Positions 29,866 to 38,014 of a stretch of 64,000 nucleotides of DNA are shown here, in pieces (the stretch's first letter is position 1; every line of letters starts with the position of its first letter). The notes beneath the pieces are model-generated. The model was not told the origin of the DNA. It was given only the letters and a program-made list of their open reading frames with translations, and did no database searches. The stretch lies in the IMG/VR virus record IMGVR_UViG_2924263452_000001, positions 32,001 through 96,000 of that record; one strand, written 5' to 3'. This DNA comes from a virus (taxonomy: Duplodnaviria > Caudoviricetes). Position numbers and translations under genes: made by a program.

Positions 29866-30495
29866 TTATTTTAATTTTTTTAACTCTTCAATCAAAGATT
29901 TTGTATCTTCAATATTTTTAATAGTTTTTGGGTTACCATTTGTAGTGTATTTTTTACAAATAGCTGCCACTTCAGTATTATGTTGTTTTGAAAGTTCTTT
30001 TGCTAATTGAAATGCTTCTGTGTTTGCAATGTCCAGTTCACTTTTAGCTTTTTCCTGTTTTTTCTTTTCTTCTTTTGCTTCTTCAGGAAGATCTTCTCCC
30101 TCGTAAATATACAGCCCTAATCCATGACGCGCGCACGCTTTTGTAAGAGAACGCTGAATTGCTTTATTAGCATCGACAGATGTAACCTCTGTGCTTAACA
30201 TTGATTTATTTTTAAAGTTCATAATCGGAAGATCTTCAATATGTTCAATCTCATTTATCTTCACGCCAGTTTTAACCCAGCATGTGCCACTAATCGGATC
30301 AACGAACCAAGGACGTTTATTTCCCATATCATCCATTGTTTGTTCATAGATTGTGAACTCTGCATCAGGATGACGTTTTTTTACTTCAGCCCATGCAGCA
30401 CTCCAGCTCAGATAATTCAGCCCATTTTTAGCTTTTACCTTTTCTGAAACATCTACATTATAAAGCTCACTAAAATAATTTTTTGAATCCATCAA
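29866..30495 (-). CDS. Sak-like single-strand annealing protein (DUF1071)
   Basis: YLSWSAAW, NKAIQRSLTKA.A.HGLGLYIYEGED. Confidence 0.85.
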   Translation of the reverse strand: MMDSKNYFSELYNVDVSEKVKAKNGLNYLSWSAAWAEVKKRHPDAEFTIYEQTMDDMGNKRPWFVDPISGTCWVKTGVKINEIEHIEDLPIMNFKNKSMLSTEVTSVDANKAIQRSLTKACARHGLGLYIYEGEDLPEEAKEEKKKQEKAKSELDIANTEAFQLAKELSKQHNTEVAAICKKYTTNGNPKTIKNIEDTKSLIEELKKLK

Positions 30496-30533
30496 TTTAC
30501 CTTCTTTATATTTATTTTTATTATCTTATCTAT

Positions 30534-30845
30534 TTATTTTTTTGTAGAATTTACAGAGGTAGAAACCTGTTTCATGTTTTTTATAAGCTGCAAATTATCG
30601 TTTAACATAAGCGCAAGTGCCTGATCTTCTGTGAATCCAACTTCTGTATATGCCAAAAATGTTTTTCTTTTCGCCATTGCACATAAGCGGTGTAATTCAT
30701 CATTTTCAACATAGTCTTTTGCAATCTCCAGGCATTCATTGCCAAGTCCATAGACAACAGGTTTATATTTTTCAATATATCCATGTACCAGGTTAATTGC
30801 TACTTCTGGATTTTCATTAAGAAGCTTTAATATAATTTCTAACAT
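30534..30845 (-). CDS. Hypothetical protein
   Basis: GFTEDQALAL motif, operon context. Confidence 0.55.
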   Translation of the reverse strand: MLEIILKLLNENPEVAINLVHGYIEKYKPVVYGLGNECLEIAKDYVENDELHRLCAMAKRKTFLAYTEVGFTEDQALALMLNDNLQLIKNMKQVSTSVNSTKK

Positions 30846-31405
30846 TACATGTGTTCCTTTCCTTCTTTAATAATTCTAAGTCCTTTTGCATCCGCTTTCG
30901 CACCGTTGTATTCTTTCCCAGTTTTAATAATCATGTTTACTAATCGTTTGCTCAGATTATATTTTTCTGCACAATATAGAAACAATTCGGATTTTTTATC
31001 AAAATACCAATACTCATCATCTTTGTATAAATGGTATCTTAATTTTGGATATTTCCGTTGAAATGAAGTATCACCCTCATTATTACAATATGCTTCTCCA
31101 ATTTTCTTCAGTTTATATATAAGTTGAAACTCTGCTTTTTGAGCTTCTATTGGATCGTCACAGTATTGCACGATTTCAACTATAAGATTACAAGTGCCAC
31201 CAAAAGATTTTACTTCTTCTTTCCATTGTTGGTTGCGGTGTTTATCGAACTCATAAGCCCTCATACAGTTCCCTTGTGCTGATCCGACATAGAATATTTT
31301 GTTTGTCAGAGGATTTTTATGGACATATACATAATATTTTTCTGTCGGTAGCACAAGATCCTTATGGTATAACATATACAAGTCAAACTTAGTTGTCATA
31401 ATCAA
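30845..31405 (-). CDS. GIY-YIG-like nuclease
   Basis: YYVYVH...FYVG...R...E...N pattern. Confidence 0.6.
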   Translation of the reverse strand: MIMTTKFDLYMLYHKDLVLPTEKYYVYVHKNPLTNKIFYVGSAQGNCMRAYEFDKHRNQQWKEEVKSFGGTCNLIVEIVQYCDDPIEAQKAEFQLIYKLKKIGEAYCNNEGDTSFQRKYPKLRYHLYKDDEYWYFDKKSELFLYCAEKYNLSKRLVNMIIKTGKEYNGAKADAKGLRIIKEGKEHM

Positions 31406-31442
31406 ACTATCATGTTGTTCCGTGTAACTGTCGATATTTTAA

Positions 31443-32414
31443 TTATTTATCTGAAGAGACAACCTTAACTGTAGCTCCTGCCTGAACTGTTGCAGTTGCC
31501 ACTTCGTTCATCTTCTTGTATGCGTCATCAAGTTTATTCGTTAATTCATTGTTAGCCTGTTTTAATGATTCAACCTGACTCTTGAGGTTGGCGATTTCTG
31601 CCGCTGCCATTTCCTCTGCATGTTTTTTATCAGACTCAATTGCACGCTTCTCATATGCAAAACTTCTTTCGGCTTTCGCTTTCGCTTCTTTCGCAGCCTC
31701 TTCTTTTGCAGCTTCCAGTTCACCAGGGAATGCTTCAATCTTCTCTTTCATCTCCTGGATTTCTTTCTCTTTTTCTGTAATTGCATCTTCGCGGGCTTTT
31801 ACTGCCTCTTCCTGCTTCTGGATTTCTGCTTCTCTTTTAGATTTTTCATCATCCCATGCGTCAGAATCAACTTTCTTATTCATTCTCAGATTGTATTTGT
31901 ATTCATCTGCTTCACGGATTCTCTTCTTTTTGAGTTCTTCTTCATATTCTTCCGCTTCTTTATCAGCTTTACTTTTTGCCTTAGAAAGCTTATTTTCAAG
32001 TTCTTCAATCTCTTCGTCAACTTCCGCTTTACGTTTCGCTAACTTAGAATCCTGTTCATCTTTCAGCTTTTTATATTCTGTGTCCATATCAGCAATTTTA
32101 AATTTGTGAGCATTAATAATTGCTGCAAGGCTATCTGCTTCGGTTTTGATTCCGTACAGACTTTCAAGTTCTTTTTTATATTCATCAATCGCAATTTTCA
32201 AATCTTTATACTGCTTAATGATTTCTTCTGAGAACACTGAATTTTTTGCTGCTGTTTCTGCATTTTTGAGTGATGCTCTAAGTGCTTCATTTTTTGCTGT
32301 TTCAATTGGAGAGTCATTCATTGCTTTTAAAGCTTCCAGTTCTTTTAAAGCCTGGTTATATGCTTCTAAAATCTGTGCCTTTGTTGACTTCTCTGTAATT
32401 TTAATTTCTCCCAT
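31443..32414 (-). CDS. Long coiled-coil protein
   Basis: E/K/A-rich heptad composition. Confidence 0.7.
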   Translation of the reverse strand: MGEIKITEKSTKAQILEAYNQALKELEALKAMNDSPIETAKNEALRASLKNAETAAKNSVFSEEIIKQYKDLKIAIDEYKKELESLYGIKTEADSLAAIINAHKFKIADMDTEYKKLKDEQDSKLAKRKAEVDEEIEELENKLSKAKSKADKEAEEYEEELKKKRIREADEYKYNLRMNKKVDSDAWDDEKSKREAEIQKQEEAVKAREDAITEKEKEIQEMKEKIEAFPGELEAAKEEAAKEAKAKAERSFAYEKRAIESDKKHAEEMAAAEIANLKSQVESLKQANNELTNKLDDAYKKMNEVATATVQAGATVKVVSSDK

Positions 32415-32556
32415 TCGAGATCCTTTCTTTTTACTTTTAATTTCTCTTTGTCATCTATGTAAAATTGATTGATTTTCTAAATAAAATCAACATTTTATCT
32501 TCGTTCTACTTACAAAACCAACCAACAATAAAATATAATCACCTGTGCCAGATTTA

Positions 32557-33414
32557 CTATTTCCGATCTATTTTATTCGTTACTGTACGAATATTCTTAA
32601 ACCGCTTCTCAATGTAATCACGATCTTTGGTAAATGTGGGGATTTCCTTATCAATAACCCACTTGCTACGCGTAAACTCGTCTGGTGTTCCTTCATTATA
32701 GGTCTGTGGAACTTTGACACAACAAGTTCCTCTTTTAAGGTAAATTGGATAATCGTTCCAGTTCACACCCTTCTTCAACATGAGCATATCCATAAGTTCT
32801 TTTTGGTTCTTATGTTCAAGCTGCTTTGCTGAAAAGTTTGCCTGTGCAACTGACTGAATAGAATTTCTCACACAGTCATTTTGTCTCCAGATAAACCCAT
32901 TAATAACTTCAAATTCTGGCATATTCCATGCCCGACTGTCGAACATTGCCTTTCCGCATTTCCTAGCGTATTTGGTATAATAATCTGTTACTTTCTTTTT
33001 ATCGGCTTCTGTTTCGCATCCTTTAAGTTCCTTTCTGACTCTCTCTTTAACGATGTCAGTATAGAACTTGTTAAATGCCATTGTTGCCATGCTTGCAGAA
33101 ATTGTTTCAACCTTACGCTTTACATATCCAAACCATGCTCCCTGTGCCATTGATTTATAATCAATCAGTAAAAGGGTAATCTCATCGCTCTGTGTATATC
33201 CCAGTACGCAACCGGAAATATTCTCGCAAAGATATTTCATAGTCTGCTGCATTGCTTCTATCAAAATATTATCAAAAGGCTTTGCCAAACCTCTTGTAAA
33301 TGTATGGAATGCTTTACCATCAATCCTAATCATTACAGGAACTCTTTTTGTCAGATAATCTTTTCTTACATCCTCATACTCTTTCATTCGTTTCGCGAAA
33401 TCGCTTGTGTCCAC
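32557..33414 (-). CDS. tRNA(His) guanylyltransferase Thg1-like (3'-5' polymerase)
   Basis: RIDGKAFHTFT, YTQSDEI, FDSR, WRQND. Confidence 0.9.
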   Translation of the reverse strand: MDTSDFAKRMKEYEDVRKDYLTKRVPVMIRIDGKAFHTFTRGLAKPFDNILIEAMQQTMKYLCENISGCVLGYTQSDEITLLLIDYKSMAQGAWFGYVKRKVETISASMATMAFNKFYTDIVKERVRKELKGCETEADKKKVTDYYTKYARKCGKAMFDSRAWNMPEFEVINGFIWRQNDCVRNSIQSVAQANFSAKQLEHKNQKELMDMLMLKKGVNWNDYPIYLKRGTCCVKVPQTYNEGTPDEFTRSKWVIDKEIPTFTKDRDYIEKRFKNIRTVTNKIDRK

Positions 33415-33432
33415 TTTTATTTTCTCCTTTTG

Positions 33433-34524
33433 TTACAGATCGTTCTTAATTAAGAACTCTGGATTTATGCATTTGAAAGAAATGTTCTGTTCAACATTTC
33501 TGAATACACAGCCTTCTCTTTCTCTCGGATAAATCTGGGATTTCCCCTGTACATAATGCACCAAATCTGAAATTTCCCAATCTTCCGGGATAACAAATTT
33601 TTCATCAAAAATCGGCACTATGTATATTCCATAATGCAGGAGGGTTCTCTGCATCTCTTCTGTTGTGAGCTTTCCTTCTGGTGAAATCAGATTGAACGCC
33701 CAGAATCTTTCACCGCCATCCATCGGATATTTGTTTCCCTGGATTCCTTCTCCGGTAATTTCTCCCTGAAGAACAATCCAATCAAGTCCACCGATAAGCG
33801 TCTGTAATGTTTCTTTGATTTTGAACTTTCTCGCCACATTCCAATAATACGAATTATCCTCTGTCACAAGCCGTTTGTTTCGACTGCAAACTCCAAACTC
33901 ATATTTATTCTTTCCTACTTTCTTTAAGAAAAATGTGGCAGAAGTGCCATCAACCTTTTCCGTCACACTCAACACTGTTTTGTCTCTTTTCAGCTTTTCA
34001 AACAGTCTTGTCATGTTCTGGATTCTTTCTTCATCTGTCTTTTTAATCCAATTCGGGAAAGTGTCTTTTACGGATGGTTTCAGATAGATTTTTCTGAACC
34101 ATTTGAATCGCATGAGAAACTTGATAATTGGATTTCGAGACTTCTTCTTGTTTTCTGATACAACTGCGTTCTCTTGCTCCGCTTCTGGATCATATTTCGT
34201 AACACCTAATATCTCTGTTACATCATCACCAATTTTATAATCGCCAGGCGGCAAAACAGCCAAAGGCAAAACAAGTCCCTGTGAGACTTGACCACGTAAC
34301 TTAATGGTCTTAACAACATACTTTCTTGATTTCAGGAAATCATATTCCGGAGTTTTTGGCATTTTACTATCAATTTCGATGTAAACTACCTTGTCCCCCT
34401 GAGAAAAATTATCACTTTTGGAGATAATTACTTCCCATCCATCAATTTGTGCTACCTCAATTCTGTCAGCATTCGGAATCGGCTTGATATTAGCAATTGT
34501 TCTGATTGTTGCTAACTTTCTCAT
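33433..34524 (-). CDS. RNA ligase (Rnl2/DRB0094 family); true start MRKLATIR at 34524
   Basis: LRGQVSQGL, KTDEERIQN, EKVDGTS, QGE, REG, FKCIN; GAGGA RBS. Confidence 0.88.
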   Translation of the reverse strand: MRKLATIRTIANIKPIPNADRIEVAQIDGWEVIISKSDNFSQGDKVVYIEIDSKMPKTPEYDFLKSRKYVVKTIKLRGQVSQGLVLPLAVLPPGDYKIGDDVTEILGVTKYDPEAEQENAVVSENKKKSRNPIIKFLMRFKWFRKIYLKPSVKDTFPNWIKKTDEERIQNMTRLFEKLKRDKTVLSVTEKVDGTSATFFLKKVGKNKYEFGVCSRNKRLVTEDNSYYWNVARKFKIKETLQTLIGGLDWIVLQGEITGEGIQGNKYPMDGGERFWAFNLISPEGKLTTEEMQRTLLHYGIYIVPIFDEKFVIPEDWEISDLVHYVQGKSQIYPREREGCVFRNVEQNISFKCINPEFLIKNDL

Positions 34525-34623
34525 TAATTCCTCTATCTCGAAAATATTTATTTTTAAACTGGTGGAATTGGTGATGCTTGATAGAATCACTTCCATCCAC
34601 CAATGTAAGAAATATACGTTTTC

Positions 34624-34688
34624 GAGACACTTATTTTGCTCGTTCAATTAAAAGTTGAATGCAGAATTAGGTTTGCTGTATGTGTCTC
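34624..34688 (-). ncRNA. Stand-alone helix+ACAGCAA motif RNA
   Basis: GAGACAC-AUACAGCAAA...GUGUCUC closing stem. Confidence 0.6.
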
Positions 34689-34741
34689 ACACGGACATTT
34701 TTTAGCCTTTGGCTGTATATGTCACCGTATAAATTTTTGCT

Positions 34742-36262
34742 CTATAATAAATCTTTTACTGCAACTTCTACCGGATCATATCTCTCGGAGTCAAGCTGAT
34801 CTGTCAGGCACTTGTACGGATCAAGTTCACCGCTAAGTACCATTTTTACAATGTTTACTGAGAACCCAGAAACAAGTGCAACGCCAAGTTCGTTTTCCTT
34901 TACAGGAATTGCCCCAGTTCTTGAATTTACATTCCAGAATACCAAGCGCGGCATTTTATATCCATGTGCTTCAAATTTCTCAGCAATCGTATCAAAAAGT
35001 TTCTGATTTGGTCTGCCTGTCGTAGCACGATCAAATTCCATATCGCTTACGATAAGGATGTTTTTTGGCATATCTTCCTGTTTCATTTTCCCGTTGATTG
35101 CTACATTAAGGATCAAATCAAATGTTGCTGCAATATTTGTGTTGGAACAATCTGATTCTCTATATGATCTGATAAGCTTATTTCTCAGTAAATCCATTCC
35201 AGTAAGGTCTACTACTTTTGGTCTATTTCCAAATGTAATATATTTATCTTTGAACTCTCCAGATGATCTTTCAGAAAAATAGATAGCCAATGCTGTTGCT
35301 ACATCCAATGCCGTAACACTGCTATTCGAATCAACTCTGCAAGTCATACTTCCTGATCCGTCTCTTACAACCAATGTAGAAGAATCACCCTCTACTAAAT
35401 CCGGAAGTGCTTTCCATAATGCTTCAATCGCGGTATCTTTATTCTTTACAGAATAATAACTTCCATATTTATGAACGATATCATGCGGGAAAAGTACGCT
35501 TGCATTAATCTTGGCTTCACCTTTTTCAAGGCTTCCCAGATATTCTCTACGTCTTTCCTCATCGTTTCTAAGGAATGCATCATTGTAAATCAGGTTTGCT
35601 CTTGATGGAACTGCTTCATAATTGATTTTGCCCCATTCTTTTGCAGACATCTGGCGTTCAACGATTTTAATATATTCACGAAGTTTTGATAGTATTTTTC
35701 TGTAATTCTTCTCACTCAGTCCAAGATATGTTCTAACAACAGTTCCATTCTTCTTTGTCTGTTTAGAAGAAGCATTACAGCTCGGAAGCCATTTTCCAAG
35801 TAAGGATATTGGTTTTCCTTCTTCCATATTTTTTAAATCTTTTTCTAACTGCTCTTTAATCGCAGCCAACGCATAAACTTCGCACTCTGTTCCAAGCAGG
35901 CACATCAGATCATCGTATCTGCCATATTCAGGAATGAGTTTCACAAACGCTTTCACAATATCTGGTTCAGTGTTTGCCAGATGGTTCATAATAACTCTGA
36001 AGCTTCTTCTTTCTCCAAGCCCCTCCCTTGCGTCACGCAGATAGAAGAGCCATTTCAGTGCATACAGTTTGTTATCCAGAAACGCATCAGTAAATTTACC
36101 AGTGATTTCTGTTGGTTGCATTTTTCTTAATGATGCAGTGGCGAAATTCAGATCAAGCAGATATTTCCCGGTTGTTCTGTATCCCAGTGCGCCATTCTCT
36201 GTCCGGCTTCTGTTCATATCGCCGTTTATTAATTCTTTTTCTACAGAATCCATAAAACCCAT
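34742..36262 (-). CDS. DUF2828 family protein (helical domain + vWA, TROVE/Ro60-like architecture); start MGFMD at 36262
   Basis: TENGA, RDAREGLGER, YGRYDD, KWLP, VPSRA, DGSGSM MIDAS, SDMEFD, FWNV; AGGAGG RBS. Confidence 0.8.
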   Translation of the reverse strand: MGFMDSVEKELINGDMNRSRTENGALGYRTTGKYLLDLNFATASLRKMQPTEITGKFTDAFLDNKLYALKWLFYLRDAREGLGERRSFRVIMNHLANTEPDIVKAFVKLIPEYGRYDDLMCLLGTECEVYALAAIKEQLEKDLKNMEEGKPISLLGKWLPSCNASSKQTKKNGTVVRTYLGLSEKNYRKILSKLREYIKIVERQMSAKEWGKINYEAVPSRANLIYNDAFLRNDEERRREYLGSLEKGEAKINASVLFPHDIVHKYGSYYSVKNKDTAIEALWKALPDLVEGDSSTLVVRDGSGSMTCRVDSNSSVTALDVATALAIYFSERSSGEFKDKYITFGNRPKVVDLTGMDLLRNKLIRSYRESDCSNTNIAATFDLILNVAINGKMKQEDMPKNILIVSDMEFDRATTGRPNQKLFDTIAEKFEAHGYKMPRLVFWNVNSRTGAIPVKENELGVALVSGFSVNIVKMVLSGELDPYKCLTDQLDSERYDPVEVAVKDLL

Positions 36263-36359
36263 ATTGGTTTTCCTCCTAATTTTTCGAATCACTTTTAAAG
36301 TTATTAATTCCTATACATTATTACTTTTATCTTTGATGAAATGTATAAAAAATTAGAAT

Positions 36360-36478
36360 GTGCATGGCAAGACTTGAACTTGCGACTAATCCGATTCCCA
36401 TATCTATAGTTGCTGTTAAAGGCTTTCCACAAGTCTTATTATTCTTGTCAGATGCTCTCCCGACTGAGCTACATGCAC
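36360..36478 (-). ncRNA. tRNA-like RNA with anticodon loop replaced by a ~50-nt insert containing hairpin+ACAGCAA
   Basis: Acceptor GTGCATG/CATGCAC, D arm GCTC..GAGC, T arm GCAAG-TTCAAGT-CTTGC. Confidence 0.75.
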
Positions 36479-36486
36479 ATTTTTAC

Positions 36487-36545
36487 AAGACACGTTTTTT
36501 CTTTACCTACGCACAATAATTTGATTCTTTGCTGTTTTGTGTCTT
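36487..36545 (-). ncRNA. Stand-alone helix+ACAGCAA motif RNA
   Basis: AAGACAC-AAAACAGCAA...GUGUCUU. Confidence 0.6.
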
Positions 36546-36551
36546 TAATAG

Positions 36552-36625
36552 TGGAATGTATGGGACTCGAACCCATGACCATCCGCTTATGAGGCGGACG
36601 CTCTAACCAACTGAGCTAACATTCC
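36552..36625 (-). tRNA. tRNA with CAT anticodon (Met or Ile2), CCA not encoded
   Basis: Canonical cloverleaf; anticodon arm TCCGC-CTCATAA-GCGGA. Confidence 0.9.
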
Positions 36626-36630
36626 TAAAA

Positions 36631-36778
36631 GGCAAGTGTGATTAAATCATGTAAAATCTATACCCTGCATTTTTGATTTTCTTCAAACTGTTATATTTTA
36701 AGTTTGCTGTATGTGTCTAAATACTAGACACCGTTCATAATTTTTTATTGATATATGTATATTGTTTTACCACTTGCC
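36631..36778 (-). ncRNA. Degenerate tRNA-like RNA carrying the motif
   Basis: Terminal stem GGCAAGTG/CACTTGCC enclosing GTGTCTA-GTATT-TAGACAC-ATACAGCAA. Confidence 0.55.
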
Positions 36779-36781
36779 TAA

Positions 36782-36848
36782 GCGAATAATAGGACTCGAA
36801 CCTATGCTCAACATTAATTGTCAGCTCTACCAACTGAGCTATATTCGC
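36782..36848 (-). ncRNA. 67-nt tRNA-like RNA with a shrunken anticodon arm
   Basis: Acceptor GCGAATA/TATTCGC with canonical D and T arms; no canonical anticodon arm. Confidence 0.7.
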
Positions 36849-36930
36849 TACATTCTGTCTTTCCAGAATGTCATAAAAACGTAACAATGATAGATGTAAA
36901 AACTGTAACAAATTGTAATGTGGATATCCA

Positions 36931-37033
36931 GTCTTTGCTAAAAGGCACTAACACGCCAATCGAAACTTCGCAAAGACATTTGTGCCTCAAATGCTATCTG
37001 CTTTAGCATTCATCCGTTGGCATCAGAAGTTTC
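36931..37033 (-). ncRNA. Putative multiply pseudoknotted RNA
   Basis: Four complementary pairs arranged A-B-C-D-A'-B'-C'-D' plus one hairpin. Confidence 0.45.
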
Positions 37034-37142
37034 ACCGTCTGTATAAATCTTGATAGCAGAAATCAAAATTTTACAGCTAGCGTAGATTATACAACCAGAC
37101 ATGCGCTTGTCCTGTACATCGTACAAGGTTACATAATCTATT

Positions 37143-37242
37143 GGCGTAGCCGGGATTCGAACCCGACACATTTCGGTTTTGTGGAGGGTGGAACAGATAA
37201 ACGATTTTTAACCGATGACTTTACCCATTTTGTCTATACGCC
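37143..37242 (-). ncRNA. tRNA-like RNA with a 33-nt anticodon loop
   Basis: GGCGTA/TACGCC, D arm GAC..GTC, TCGGT/ACCGA stem, TTCGAAT T loop. Confidence 0.65.
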
Positions 37243-37245
37243 GAC

Positions 37246-37369
37246 GCTGTGACTTGGACTCGAACCAAGAACCTACGGCTTAACATGCTATCGTTAAAAT
37301 TGCTGTATATGCCTAATACTAGACACATTGGTTGACTTAACGTTGCTCTACCATTTGAGCTATCACAGC
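37246..37369 (-). ncRNA. tRNA-like RNA (tRNA-Asn-like remnant) with motif insert
   Basis: GCTGTGA/TCACAGC, D and T arms; insert GTGTCTAGTATTAGGCAT-ATACAGCAA. Confidence 0.75.
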
Positions 37370-37422
37370 TTTTTCTTTATTTTGTTTATCTTATTCAAAA
37401 AATAAATGGTGGGGGAGATTTT

Positions 37423-37540
37423 GGGATCGTGCGGAATTGAACCGCAACTAAAAACTTGACAGAGTTTTCATCTTGTGTAAAATTGCTGTATGTGCTTCCC
37501 ACCACAATACACATTCAAAAGCATCAACCAGATCAATCCC
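37423..37540 (-). ncRNA. tRNA-like RNA with reduced D arm and motif insert
   Basis: GGGATTG/CGATCCC, T arm TGCGG-TTCAATT-CCGCA, GCAC-ATACAGCAA. Confidence 0.65.
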
Positions 37541-37669
37541 ATATTTATTATTTTGGTGTTGACTAAGATACCCCTCTTAGTAGGTTATACAATACCCAAT
37601 AAATCCAATGCAGTCCGGGTCAGATAACACTGAACACCCACAATGTCAAGTTACAAACTCTGCATTTTC

Positions 37670-37751
37670 AAGACACAGAACGGATTTGAACCGTTTCGTC
37701 AGACCACCAAAATCTTTCTTTATCCTTTTATTCATTTGCTGCGTGTGTCTT
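37670..37751 (-). ncRNA. Permuted motif RNA: motif helix used as the terminal stem next to a T arm
   Basis: AAGACAC-ACGCAGCAAA...AACGG-TTCAAAT-CCGTT-CT-GTGTCTT. Confidence 0.65.
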
Positions 37752-37756
37752 TGATC

Positions 37757-37880
37757 GCTAGGGATGAGACTCGAACTCATAACAACATCCTGTATGTAAT
37801 GGAAAAGAATTTTTGCTGTAAGTGTCTGAATGCTAGACACATTTTTCTTTTATGTGCTCTACCTATTGAGCTACCCTAGC
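37757..37880 (-). ncRNA. tRNA-like RNA with motif insert
   Basis: GCTAGGG/CCCTAGC, D and T arms; GTGTCT-AGCATTC-AGACAC-TTACAGCAA. Confidence 0.75.
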
Positions 37881-37915
37881 CTATTTATTTCTTTTGTTCT
37901 CTCTTGAACAATTAT

Positions 37916-37944
37916 ATATTATCATACTTTTCTGTTTTTGTCAA
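37916..37944 (-). promoter_or_regulatory. SigA-type promoter of the ncRNA-DUF2828-RNA ligase-Thg1 operon
   Basis: TTGACA-17bp-TAATAT with extended -10 TG, about 35 nt upstream of the first RNA. Confidence 0.7.
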
Positions 37945-38014
37945 TAGTATTTTAACATATTTTTTTATTTCTTTTATCTTTCGATATTCGATAGGGTGAG
38001 AAAGTTCCCACCCA

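Noticed and set aside
36782-36848. Ochre suppressor tRNA (TTA)
   Set aside because: It would need a weak 4-bp stem and lacks U33, so it is not a credible decoding tRNA.
37010-37040. Hammerhead ribozyme (CTGATG and GAAA present on the minus strand)
   Set aside because: The CUGANGA core is incomplete and the stems do not fit the hammerhead topology.
36410-37879. Short ORFs in the tRNA-like region
   Set aside because: They overlap clear RNA structures and show no protein features.
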